From NCBI RefSeq assembly GCF_963921235.1, contig NC_086097.1, positions 117,492,001 through 117,556,000 on the forward strand: a stretch of 64,000 nucleotides of DNA. Direction: 5' to 3'. Shown in pieces: positions 1 to 11,626 of this stretch. The notes beneath the pieces were generated by a model, which saw nothing but the letters and a program-made list of their open reading frames with translations, was not told the origin of the DNA and searched no databases. Origin of the DNA: Mobula hypostoma. Lineage: Eukaryota. Numbering within the stretch: the first letter of the stretch is position 1; every line of letters starts with the position of its first letter. The position numbers and the translations under genes were made by a program.

Positions 1-1821
1 TGTCTGGAATTAGTTATTTGTATATTCTTGGCATTTCGGAAAGAAGATTTATGAAGGTTACTTGAATCTTTTATTGAGAAGCTAATGAAAGAAGATAAAG
101 GAGAGTTGTTCGTTATTGCATAGTTTTTTTTGGAAAGAAGATTTATGGTTCAAGTATGACTGTTTAAATGGTTACTCAGACACTCAACTGAGAAAAAGAA
201 GATAGAGGGACTTGTCCTTTTAACCTAATATTTGGTTTGATGTCTTTTTTTCTTAATTAATTAATCAGTAGTTTTTCCTACTAATGGGGCTTTTTATATA
301 TTTAGGTGAGGGTTTAATTACTTATGTTATTATGTATTGGTATTTTTGGAAATCTAGCATGGTTTAACATGTTATTAATTTTTTTTTCTGCTTTATTATA
401 GCATCTTATAATTGAATTTAAAGTTTTTTTTAGAGACAAAATGTTAAACCTAAAAATGGCACTGGTTTTTCTCTTTAAGAGAGAACATTATTATGCTGGA
501 ACATAAACACTTTCCTTTGCTAAGACTTCATCATTCGTTTCACAAGGTCAGTCGTTTTTTTTTACTGAGGAGTTAAATCTTTCTCCTGAGCAGACTGAGC
601 AGCCCCTGGCTTTGTATTCTATCTAGTCTGCTAGCCTTTTTCAGGCTTTTGGGAGGAGGTGGGGTTAGAGTTAGGAATTTTTTCCCATTGGGAGGTTCTG
701 GAGTATGCTTGTTTTTTATGTGTTTGTATTCTTCACCACTGCCATTTTTGATCATCCCGTATTGGTATGTGCTCTGCGCGTGTGTAAAGTAGAATAAAAT
801 TATAATATGGTATTTAAACGGATTAATGTAATAAGTTGGAATGTACGTGGTTGGAATCATCTTATCAAACAAAAATAGACTTTTAAAATTATTATCCGAT
901 TCCAACCTGATATAATTTTGGCTCAAGAGACACATATCAGGGCGGGAGATCAAAATAGATTTTTTGGATGGTAGAAAGATTTGCAGTTCCACTCCACTTC
1001 TCAGAGTAAGACTAAAGACGTGTCCATCTTCATTAAATCTAGTATATTTATTCAAGAAGATATTCAGTGAGATTCTAATGGTAGATTTTTAATTGTTAAA
1101 GGAGTGATCTGTAACAGAAAAGTTGTTGTAATAGATGTAAAACTGAGACATTTACACTGACACACATGTTTTGGTCTTGCTCTATACTGGAACAGCTCTG
1201 GAAGTCAGTTTTTTGACCATTTCTAAAGTACTTAAAATTAATTTACAACCTAACAAATTAACTGTGCTTTCTGGAATAATTCCTCAAAATATCCATGGTA
1301 TCTCTATGTCTGACCAACATGTTATTGCATTTGTTACATTGACAGCTAGGAGGGCCATTTTGTCGAAGCGAAAGGATACAACGGCTCCCACTTTGTTACA
1401 ATGGTTCTCTCAATGATGCTATATCTTAGTTTGAAGAAAATTAGAAGTTGAGTCTTTGAACCTGTGTTTGATTTTGAGAAAAGATGGGGTTCATTTGCTC
1501 ATTATTATCATTTGAGTTAATTGATGGATTCTCCATGATCTAATTGTAAATTTTTTGGTACTTTTTTTTTGTTGGCGGTTTGATGTTTATCTTTAGAAGC
1601 TTCATGTATAACGCATGGCTCTGGGGTTGAACACTTAATGGGGTTTTTCTTTTTTCCAACTTCTCTTGCTTAGTAGGGTTTTTTTTCATCACAAAATTTT
1701 TTCAATCTTTATATAATGTTTTTTTTCTTGAGATATTGTAAGTGTTGCTTACTTCGATGTACTCGTGTTTATTTTGGAAAAAAATTAATAAAAAGATTTG
1801 AAAAGAAAAAGAAAAACAAAA
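1..1821 (+). mobile_element. L1-clade LINE remnant with large internal deletion (EN N-terminus joined to Cys-rich C-terminus)
   Basis: 807: MVFKRINVISWNVRGWNH..ILAQETH (APE endonuclease start), then GRFLIVKG. At ~1130 it jumps to CNRCKTETFTLTHMFWSC (ORF2 C-terminal zinc-knuckle region). T-rich 3'UTR, AATAAA and A-rich tail ~1786-1821. Confidence 0.8.
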
Positions 1822-1941
1822 GAGATGGCATAAAATAAAGCAAACATTAGAGGGAAGTTAGATGATTGGGAACCTCTTAAAATCCAAAAGAAGGCAACTA
1901 AAAATTTATAAGGAGGGAAAAGATGAGATAAGAAGGTAAGC
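1822..1941 (+). mobile_element. Short CR1 ORF2 fragment
   Basis: Similar to the CR1 linker segment at 13820-13930 (..NKAKISxKxxDWExFxNxQxATK..). Confidence 0.6.
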
Positions 1942-2089
1942 GGGTGGCAGTAGTGCACATGCATATGGATTTGACGTGTTTGGTCAGTGCTCCTCTCCCA
2001 GACCGAGATAAGATTACTATTATACCGTGTTTTATTCATTCATAGGCCAACAGTGCATGTCTAAACTAAGTGTCTGGAAAACTTTGACA

Positions 2090-2945
2090 ATGCCAAAGGC
2101 AAATAAAGCCAAGACCGCCGACTGCCAAACTACCGAAGTTAGTGCGAACCACGGGTCTGTAAAGCACTTCTCTGCGTCTGAGATACCGCCGGATAAAACT
2201 TATGCCATGTGCAAGGAATTAGGTCAGGCGATTTCTCAGTCAGTTCTGCGCGGCATTAATGACTGCTTTGATGTTTTTGAGACCAAGTTTGAGGTGCTTG
2301 TGGACTCCGAGGCTGACTTACAAGCCCGTGTGGCTAATCAAGAACTAACCACCAGAGACCTTGAAACACATGTGCAAGAGCTTGCAATTAAGTATTCAGA
2401 GCTAATGAGGTAAAATAGCCAGCTTGAAGCTAAAGTGCATGACTTAGAGGCTCATTCCTGGAGACATAATATTAAGATTGTAGGGACACAAGAGGGCGAG
2501 GAGGATGGTAAACCTACTGAATTTGTTTCCAGACAGATTCCCAAGTTGCTCAGGGAAGATAATTTCCCGTATCCAGTTAAAGTTGATCGTACGCATCACT
2601 CTCTCTATCCAAAGCCGGCTGCCGGTGCTAAACCGCGCACCATCTTGGCACATATCCATCGCTTTCAAGTGAAAGAGCTGATCCTGCGCCGCAGCAGATT
2701 ACAACCCATGGAGTACAAGGGAAATAAGCTCTTGATCTTCCCGGACTATACTAAAGAGGTGATGACTCAACGTCGTGCCTTTCGTGATGTACTGCAAACT
2801 CTGCACGATGGAAGAATCAAGCACACACTGCGGTTCCGGCTAGGCTCTATATTTATCATCAAGATGGAAGAGCGCCTAAAGTATACGGCGATCTGATAGA
2901 AGCAGTACAATTCTTGGAAAGGAATAATGCACGGAAGAGGGAGTA
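2090..2945 (+). pseudogene. L1 ORF1p (Transposase_22-like), disrupted
   Basis: Coiled-coil region, then DLEAHSWRHNIKIVG.QEGEE, VDRTHHS, PRTILA, IFPDYTKEVMTQRRAF; stop at ~2411 and a later frameshift. Confidence 0.88.
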
Positions 2946-3464
2946 GATATATTGACACTGTTTATTCAGCTTATATTTGTGCCGGTTTCCATGTTGGGAT
3001 GTGGGGAGGGACTTACTTGTGATATGTAGCTTTGCAATGCTGTATGCCGCACTGGGATTTAATTGCAGAGAATGTTCTAAATATTTTTCTTATTATAAGG
3101 GTTAAATTTGAGTTGGTGTCATGAATGCTCAGCTTCAGGTGCGGACAGTGGATAACTCTCCCCAGCCCTAATAACATTTGTTTAACGGTATTATATAATT
3201 TGTGTTATAAATTTTCTCAGAGAGGGGTTTGTGATAATTGTGTAACTTCAGTTACCTGCCCAGCAGCTCCTTTTGGGACGGAAATGGGGAACTATTTGTC
3301 TGGTTTAGGGAGACACGAAGCGGGGTGGGTTAGGGTGTGTGTTGTTCTTGTTCATAGCTCAGGCATGTTTTTTTGTGTATGTTGTGTTCTTCTGAGGCTG
3401 CCAGTTATTTTGCGTTGTTTACTATGTTTGTGCTCAACTCTAATAACCTCTCTTTTATTCTCAT

Positions 3465-4490
3465 ATGAAGAGGCCTTGCGGTAGAATACAGCTAGGGGGT
3501 AAAGATATTACAATAGTCTCGTGGAATGTTAAGGGCCTTGGTCATGTTATTAAGAGGGATAAAGTTTTTAGACATCTCAAATCTCTATCTGCAGATGTGA
3601 TTTTTCTACAGGAAACCCATATCAAAGTAACTGAGCAACGCAGATTGAGGTCTAGCTGGATATCACAGGTTTACCAGTCACCATTTACTTCTCATGCTCG
3701 TGGTGTGGCTATCCTCTTTAGGAAAAATATTCCATTTCAACTCACTTCCATGACGACAGACCCTCTCGGCAGGTTTATCATGATCCCTGGCACCATTAAT
3801 TCGTTTCCGCTAACCTTCCTTAATATTTATGGTCCAAACACAGAAGAGCCAAATTTTTTTAGGAAAGTTTTTGATTTACTTCCGGATGCCAGTAATTCAA
3901 ATCTAATAATCGGCGGTGACTTGAATTGCTACCTAGATCCATATTTAGATTGATTGTCCTCTCGCCTAGCCTCAAATATCGTGTCAGTGCAGGTCCTAAG
4001 TAATTTGATTAGATCTAGGAACTTAGTAGTTATTTGGCGGGTTCAACATCCCACTGACAAGGATTATTCTTATTATTCTCATGTTCACAAATCTTATAGT
4101 AGAATAGAATACTTTTTGATTGATTCTCATTTACTATCTTGTGTTACCAATACAAAATATTATAATAGATTAATTTCAGACCATAGCCCCTTGACAATGC
4201 CCCAAAATCTCTCCCTTTCCAAATGAATCTATTCCTGGCATTTTAACCGCTCCCTACTCACCGATAAGAAATTTATAAAATATATCACCACCAGATTAAA
4301 AGATTTTATAGAAATTAACGATAACAGTGAGGTGTCAGATTCCACACTCTGGGAGACATTAAAGGTTGTAATTCGTGGGCATATGATTTCATATGAATCC
4401 GCTGCTAAGGGGGAGAGAGGAGGGCGATTATTAGAGATTGAGAATCCTCTCCCAACCCTCGAAGCGTCATACCAGGCTTTGAAACAGATT
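3465..4490 (+). pseudogene. L1 ORF2 APE endonuclease domain, disrupted
   Basis: SWNVKGL, FLQETH, RGVAIL, NIYGPN, GGDLN, SRIEYFL, ISDHSP, LWETLKVVIRG; internal stops. Confidence 0.92.
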
Positions 4491-4507
4491 TACGGGGGGG
4501 GGGGGGG

Positions 4508-6148
4508 TGATTTCAGCTGAGGTTGCAGGCAGATGGTCCAGCAGGTGGCGCTCCAATTCAGCAGTGAACCAGGTAACCAGGAGAAGCAACTCATGAACGT
4601 AGCGGTAACATATTTCACAACACATGCCAATGATAATAACCCTAATTCTGAGAGTCAGATCTTTGATGAGAGGGGTGTTGTGTGAGTCAGTAAGGAAGAA
4701 TTGGATGTTCTCGTGGTAATCTCCAATGCTCATGTGCAGAGGCTGTGAGTGTGCCCTGACTATCCCAGACTCCAAAGGATGTGCGTCAATGGCCGTGATG
4801 CAGTAGGAGTGAGAGATAGACTTAGTAGGGATGCCAAGTTGCACACACAGAGTTCAGTCCAGAATGTGGCCTGCTGCATTGGAATCTACCAGACCCTCCT
4901 GTCAAGCTGTCGGGGTGGGAAGGAGGACAGAGAGATGAGAGTCGGGCAAAGGGCCGGGGGTGCTTACCAGATAGAAAACCCCTCATCTCTACTTGGTAGA
5001 GCTATTTTCCATGGACACAGTGGCCATTTGATGCGTAGGTGAAATGCAGCTCTGCAGAAGGTGCCCAAGTTGTATCTCCACTAACACTCACATACTCAGG
5101 GGTTAAGGGAGCTCTCCCTACCTATATGGGGTCTGGAGGTGTTGACCTTGAGGGTGCTGCAGCCTGACATGGTTCTGGAAATGGAGCTGTGCTACTGGCT
5201 GATGATCTGAAAATTCGTTCCATAATTCAATTTGGAGGGCCAGAGTTATGAGGTTTCTTTCAACTCATCTTTCAAGTGAACTGTGAGGCTGTGATGGGAT
5301 GGCAATGGGCCAGCAGCACTTCCACATTGCAGCTACACTCCATGAGGGTCCTGAATTCCATGATGTAGTACAGCACTGAGTATAGAGTATCCCTTGACAA
5401 TGATGAAGCATCCAATATGCTGCCCCCCCCACTCATTCTACTTCCTGGATCATCAAAAACCTGACGCATCTCAGTGGTGAATGCCTCGTATTTATTGGAA
5501 GTGGTGGTGTTATTGTCCCTGTCAGCAGCAGACTAGGTCAGAGCTCATCTAGTCAGGAGGGAGAGGGTGAAGACAGTCTTGACTCGGTCCATAGAATACA
5601 GATATAGCTGGAGCTCGAAGAGTAAGCTGCACTGGGACAGGAAGTTGCCCCATTCCAGCACTGGAATCTGGGGCTCCAAGGGAGGAGGTTGACTGTTGTG
5701 GGGTTGCTGTATTGAGATGGGGAGTTGGCTGAGAGTGATGAGCAGATGATCAATGGTTTCCTGCTGCTTCAGAACCTCGTGCTCTTGTCAACCGAAAACT
5801 TTCTTCAGGTGAGCGTACTTGGCTGGGTTAATCATTGGCACACCTATCCTATCAGGATATGTAGACTTGACCTAGTGGAAATGATTTAACAGTAAATGAT
5901 ATTTCACTAATAAGCTGCAAAATAACAAGCCATGAGGAGGCACAGAACAAGATCGGACAGATAACTGAGAATACAAGACAAGATAGAACTAGAGTCTTGG
6001 AGCAACTGGTTGAGGTTGGCTGGTTTGGTGTGTGAACAAAGGACTGTGGATGAGAGCTGGGCTTAAATAGGTTGCAGGTGATGAGTTGGAAATGAATGGT
6101 TAGTGACTCATGTTAGCTGGGTGATGACTGGGAAGTGCAGGCCTGACA
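4508..6148 (-). mobile_element. Sushi/chromovirus-type Gypsy LTR retrotransposon, 5' part (LTR, gag, protease)
   Basis: Minus strand begins TGTCAGG at 6148 with TATTTAAG in an LTR-like stretch. Gag start ~5835 (MINPAKYAHLK). Decayed gag end PDPI*VGRAPLTPE plus zinc knuckle ~5010-5140. Protease LVDSNAAGHILD*TLCVQLGIP ~4830-4895. Confidence 0.78.
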
Positions 6149-6373
6149 CATTTTTTCTTATTTCTGACCATCTCTCTTGTTATTCCTGTTATGTATTTAC
6201 TGTTTCAGTACTATTTGAGTGATCTTGTAAATATATTGTTTGGTTAGGCATTCTTTGTTGTTTACATAATTCACTGTGGTTATATATCAAAATACGTGAA
6301 TTGAATATGTCATTACATGACCACCCAATATATGTGCACGCGAAAGCAAAAACATGAAGTTAGACTCATATTC

Positions 6374-7014
6374 ATTGACTCATAGGCGGGAGGAGAAGAT
6401 AGCAGCACACTGCGTGCACGCAGCTCTCTGGTGAAAATGATATCGTATCCATTAAATAGAGACCGTGGACAATTCTGATTTGATGGAGACAGATGTGAAA
6501 GCACAGAGGAATATCTGGAGAAATTTCTGAAACGCTGGTTCACTGCCGCTGTTACTGGGCGAACGAGAATCTTCTGAAGGGAAGGCCCCAAAACCCCCAG
6601 CTTTGCCTGTTGCTGGCGACCGAGATTGAGGTCGAAGTGTTTGGATAGAGATGGTGCTCAGTACTCAGTGTCAGAGGGCTGATCAGAGGCTCGCAGTTTT
6701 CAGATGACTCAGAGTCGGACTGTGGTCGGGCATGGCAGGGAGAGTTTTCTTCCTTCTCCCATCTGCGTGAGATGTGGGACATTCGAGAGACTTTAAACTT
6801 TTTTACTGTGCCATGGCCTGTTCTTCAAGTTATGGTATTGTTGCACTGCTGTAACTATATGTTATAATTATGTGGTTTTGTTAGTTTTTTCAGTCTTGGT
6901 CTGTCCTGTGTTTTGTGATATCACACCAGAGGCATATTGTATCATTTCTTAATACATGTATTACTAAATGACAATAAAAGAGGACTGTGTGTCCTCATAA
7001 TCTAATCTAATCTA
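6374..7014 (+). mobile_element. Non-autonomous retroposon with (TCTAA)n tail, inserted in the Gypsy 5' LTR
   Basis: Flanked by TSD ATATTC (6368-6373 and 7015-7020); homologous copies at 38131 and 39614. Confidence 0.85.
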
Positions 7015-7298
7015 ATATTCCCAGACACCTGTGTCTTCCTTTGAATTGATGTAATGTTTTGAAGTTACAAAACATAACAGTGGTGACAAAATATTTTAGA
7101 ATGAACTTGAGATGGCTACCGATCTATTGAAGCTCAGTGAGACGTTCATCTTCAAAGAAAAGCACATTGAGAAATGACGAGTGAAAAACAGCCTGACATG
7201 TGCAGAGAGTTGAGTTATAAAAAGGCAGCAAACTAAAGAATTCATGGGTTCATAAACATTGAATACTGAGTGATAATAATCATTTTAACAAAGCAGAA

Positions 7299-8467
7299 AT
7301 GACTGGCTGCATTGGAAAGTTAGACACATCTGATTACTCAACAGATAACTGGATTTTACATACTGAGCAACTTGAACAGGATTTTGATGCAAATAAAATA
7401 GCCAATGAGAAACAAGAACCAATTTTGCTGAGTCCATTGGGCTTGAAGGCATACAGTTTTGCATCGAAATTTAACTACTCCATCCGAACCATCCAAAACG
7501 AGTTTTGCTGATCTTGCGAAAGTGATGCAGGAACATTTAGAATCAAAGCCTTTGCTTTAGGTTTCATAAATGGATTCAAAAAGGAGGGGTATCCATTTCA
7601 GTCTACACAACTGAATTGAAAAGATTGTGCATTGTCAGCTCTGTATTGGGTTTAATGATGCGCTGAGAGATTGTTTTGTGTGTGGAATCCAACAAGAAAA
7701 CATTCAAAAATGGCTCCAAATTGATGCACAACTTACATTTAGAAGAAGAATTGAAATAGTTGTTTCTATGGAAACAGCAACCAGAGACAAAATTGATTTG
7801 CAGTCAGGAATAAAAGTGAGCATGAACAAAATTGCAACATCTGCACAGAAACTGACCTGGCTAAAACAAATTGTGTTACTGTTGTGGCAGGGGCTCACAT
7901 ACACCAACCCAATGCAAATTTAAAGGCAAAACTTGTATAAAATGTAACAAAGTAGGACACAAACAAACAGTATGTCGGGCAAACAAAAATAAGAGTGACA
8001 CATAGCCCTGAGATTTACAATGTGAAAACTAACAATAGACAACCAACATGCTTTACAGCAGAAGAGAAGGCAAATTAATTGAAATGGATTTGGACACTGG
8101 TTTGGCTGTTTCAGTCATTTAACAAAATGAGTTTGAATGGCATTTCAAAGATGCCAAACTGAAGACTGGAGCCATCCAATTAAGAACTTGTACTGAAGAA
8201 AAGTTAAATCCTGTGGGAATAACAATATCAATGAAATACAACAACCAACAAGCCTCATTGAGCTTGTATGCAGAAAAAACAGAAGGGACAGCATTGTGGG
8301 GGCATGATTAGCTGAGACAAGTGCTACTTGCTTGGAGATCCATCCACCAATTGCATGTCACATCCCCTGCAATGAAGCCAGCTGAAAGCGAATTAAGAAA
8401 AGCACTGGATGATGCCAAAACTGTCTCCATGCTCTACACCATGAACCTAAGCTAACAAAGGGAAAAC
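7299..8467 (+). pseudogene. Gypsy gag and aspartic protease, disrupted
   Basis: MTGCIGKLD..DNW..TEQLEQDF.AN, ALRDCFVCGI, decayed CCHC knuckle ~7880-7975, protease MDLDTGLAVSVI ~8084-8119. Confidence 0.85.
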
Positions 8468-8469
8468 AA

Positions 8470-10245
8470 TTGTTGGTGCCAACATCTGCGCCCCTGGTTG
8501 GAAAGCATATTGGATCAATAGGCAATAGACAATAAGTGCAGGAGTAGGCCATTCGGCCCTTCGAGCCAGCACCGCCATTCACTGTGATTATGGCTGACCA
8601 TCCACAATCAGTATCCAGTTCCTGCCTTATCCCCATAACCTTTGATTCTGCTATCTTTAAGAGCTCTATCCAACTCTTTCTTGAAAGCATCCAGAGACTT
8701 GGCCTCCACAGCCTTCTGGGGCACAGCATTCCATATATCCACCACTCTCTGGGTGAAAAAGTTTTTCCTCAACTCTGTTCTAAATGGCCTACCCCTAATT
8801 CTTAAACTGTGGCCTTTGGTTCTGGACTCACTCATCAGTGGGAACATGCTTCCTGCCTCCAATGTGTCCAATCCCTTAATAATCTTACATGTTTCAATAA
8901 GATCCCCTCTCAGCCTTCTAAATTCCAGAGTATACAAGCCCAGTCGCTCCAATCTTGCAACATATGACAGTCCCGCCATCCCGGGAATTAACCTTTTGAA
9001 CCTACGCTGCACTCCCTCAATAGCAAGAATGTCCTTCCTCAAATTTGGAGACTAAAACTGCACACAATACTCCAGGTGTCGTCTCACCAGGGCCCTGTAT
9101 AGCTGCAGAAGGACCTCTTTTCTTCCCCTTGTTATGAAGGCCAGCATGCCATTAGCTTTCTTCACTGTCTGCTGTACTTGCATGCTTGCTTTCAGTGACT
9201 GATGTACAAGAACACCTGGATCTCGTTGTGCTTCCCCTTTTCCTAACTTGACTCCATTTAGATAATAATCTGCCTTCCTGTTCTTACCACCAAAGTGGAT
9301 AACCTCACATTTATCCACATTAAACTGCATCTGCCATGCATCTGCCCACTCACCCAGCCTGTCTAAGTCACCCTGCATTCTCATAACATCCTCCTCACAT
9401 TTCACACTGCCATCCAGCTTTGTGTCATCGGCAAATTTGCTAATGTTACTTTTAATTCCCTCATCTAAATCATTAATATATATTGTAAACAGCTGCGTTC
9501 CCAGGACTGAACCCTGCGGTACCCCACTGGTCACCACCTGCCATTCTAAAAGGGACTCGTTAATCGCAACTCTTTGTTTTCTGTCAGCCAGCCAATTTTC
9601 AATCCATGTCAGTACTCTGCCCCCAGTACCATTGCCCTAATTTTGCCCACTAATCTCCTACGTAGGACTTTATCAAAGGCTTTCTGAAAGTCCAGGTACA
9701 CTACATCCACTGACTCTCCCTTGTCCATTTTCATAGTTACATCATCAAAAAATTTCCAGGATCGTGCTCAGAGGAATCGTGAAAGTGGTGAAAGCAGTGG
9801 TTTGACTGTGACAATTTCTGTAGGCAACATATCTGAGAAAGCTTCTGATATGTTAATCAGGCAGTTACTTGCTGAATTGATTTTAAGCTGGAAGAGAAGT
9901 TCAAGGAGCTTCAGGAAAGTTGCAAGCATTCAGCTGCTGTGAGTATAAAGAGCTAGAATCCAGTCTATGTGCATTAAACTTATTGCATGAACTTCAAGTG
10001 GGAGATAAAAGGCTGCTTGTAAAAGTACATGTACAGACCAACACCCAGCTGGATGAATGGAAGGTCAAAAAGAAAGGAGTCAATGGAGGTACGAAAACAG
10101 AGAATTCGTCAGATTATGTTGGGGAAACCAGGAGGAAAGATCAGATCGTAAAGGGAGCAATAAGAGAATAATCCAGTGAACTCAATTCACCTTCCCAAGA
10201 TCAAGATACACAAACTAGAAGAAGAAAACGGAAGGAGAAGAAAAA
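8470..10245 (+). pseudogene. RBM25: Processed (intron-less) fragment of RNA-binding protein 25, RRM region; split by the CR1 at 8518-9747
   Basis: 8470-8517 LLVPTSAPLVGKHIGS; 9748-10245 ESSGLTVTISVGNISEKASDMLIRQLLA..LSWKR/VQGASGKLQAF.CCEYKELES.L.AL.LLHELQVGDKRLLVKV...T.TQLDEWK.KKK...ETRRKDQIVKGAI..SSELNSPSQ..RRRKRKEKK. Matches vertebrate RBM25 as recalled; has a frameshift, small deletions and a stop. Confidence 0.92.
8518..9747 (-). mobile_element. CR1 LINE, 5'-truncated (RT C-half and 3'UTR)
   Basis: SGVPQGSVLG, KFADDTKL, HLEYCVQF, LEFRRLRGDLIE, FFTQRVV; short CTATTG-type tail; ATCAA at both junctions. Confidence 0.95.
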
Positions 10246-10969
10246 CATCTAGAACTGTCAGAACAATCCTGCAGTCTTGGAATCAGCTGCTACAACCACC
10301 ACACAGGAGGCCTCAGATCCTGAGATTGCTTCGCAGAGTAATCCCCTTGCCAGGAAAGATGTCACTCCACAAGAATATCAAGTCCTCCACAGCAACTAAA
10401 TCTTTTCACCTGAATGAGACAATTTAAAATTTACTATGCTGTGGTTGTCTATATTTAGTAGTCGTAGTATATAGTTTACTGTGTGTATAGTTGAGATGCA
10501 CTCTCCATTGAGCTGGAGTTTATAATGAAGCAGAGAGGAGCGTTGTGTATTTACTAACTCAGTAATTCTTGAGTAATCTTGTAAAAATCTTGTTTATGAT
10601 TCACTGCTGTTCATATGATTCATTGTGGTAATATGTAGAAGTATGAGAATTGCATACATCATCACACTACCATGTGTTACATGTGCACCTCAGTTAAAGT
10701 AAATCATGAAGTTAGATTCACATTCCCAGACTCCCATTAGTTTAATGCTTTGAAGTTACAAAACATAACAAATCCAATTGTAGCAAAATACAAATTAACT
10801 ATTTGTTATATGTTGTTTTCATGCAATGTTCTTCAAGGGGAACGCAACCAATACATAAGCCACACATGTTATAACCTTTCATTAATAATGAAAAGGGGAC
10901 AAAGGAAAATAAAATTTAAAAAAAATACTATCCAGCATCTGTGAAATTTATTTTGAAGGAAAACTTCTA

Positions 10970-11625
10970 GAGTCATGAGATGATGGATTTTCCTTTCATG
11001 GTCCACTGCTGAACTATAGCGTGATTGGTCTGCAGGGTTAATCGTAGATGCTCTTTTACCTCCACATCCGCATTAATCAAGCAACCCTCATTGCTGATCT
11101 ACCTGAGATAACACCTGGTCATCTAGTCACCTGGGACCCATTGCTCTCCCACTATATCATTACAGCATATCTGGGGCATAGTTGTGAAGACAGTGGTCCA
11201 CATAAGGTGTTGGGCTTATGCTTCCTCACTGTGTCTTTAACTCTTTGTGGTGGCACCTCTTTTGTATCGATATAGCAGTTTCCACGTTTAAAGCTCTCTT
11301 GGTGCTTTGGATTCACCTCCTTCAGTAAGTAACCCCGGTCAGTTTCACTGTAACTTTATTGTAGATTTTCAATGCATCTTTGCTGGTTTCAATTGAACTA
11401 TCTTAAAATTGATGGCTTGCAGTGGGAGGATATTCCATATTGCTCCCAAGTCAATTTTAAATCTCATTGCTTAAACTAAAACCAATATCTTGGTGTTATT
11501 ACTGTGCGTTTGTTCCATGGAATTCAGCTTGTTTGGAGCCACGTACATCGATTCGTATTCGTACTCTGAATCTGTATCTGTCTCTGTCCCAGCAAGGCTA
11601 TTGTCACCTAGTCCAATGTCACTCA
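10970..11625 (-). mobile_element. Highly decayed Gypsy-like pol fragment
   Basis: Minus strand MRFKIDLGAIWNILP (~11424-11468) resembles a retropepsin active site (FKIDTGAxxNILP). Confidence 0.5.
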
Positions 11626-11626
11626 A

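Larger units (their letters stand above)
1942..4490 (+). mobile_element. L1-clade LINE, 5' half (5'UTR, ORF1, ORF2 endonuclease), 3'-truncated
   Basis: ORF1 and ORF2 motifs in the expected order with a T-rich spacer; ends abruptly before the G-run at ~4494. Confidence 0.9.
6187..10770 (+). mobile_element. Gypsy (Mag/K02A2.6-like) provirus with two LTRs; pol largely replaced by RBM25 cDNA
   Basis: 5' LTR 6187-7079 (interrupted) and 3' LTR 10541-10770 both end GAAGTTACAAAACATAACA. PBS-like TGGTGAC at 7081; purine tract GAAGCAGAGAGGAG before 10541; flanks ATTCC/AATCC (5-bp TSD, 1 mismatch). Confidence 0.88.

Noticed and set aside
573..1055. 160-aa minus-strand ORF
   Set aside because: Antisense to the L1 spacer and endonuclease start.
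4467..5835. Domesticated PEG10/RTL1-like gene
   Set aside because: Multiple stops and frameshifts and an attached LTR; an ordinary decayed Sushi-like element.
9721..10427. Functional RBM25 gene or exon
   Set aside because: Frameshift, deletions, a stop, no splice sites at the borders, CR1 interruption, and embedded in a Gypsy element.
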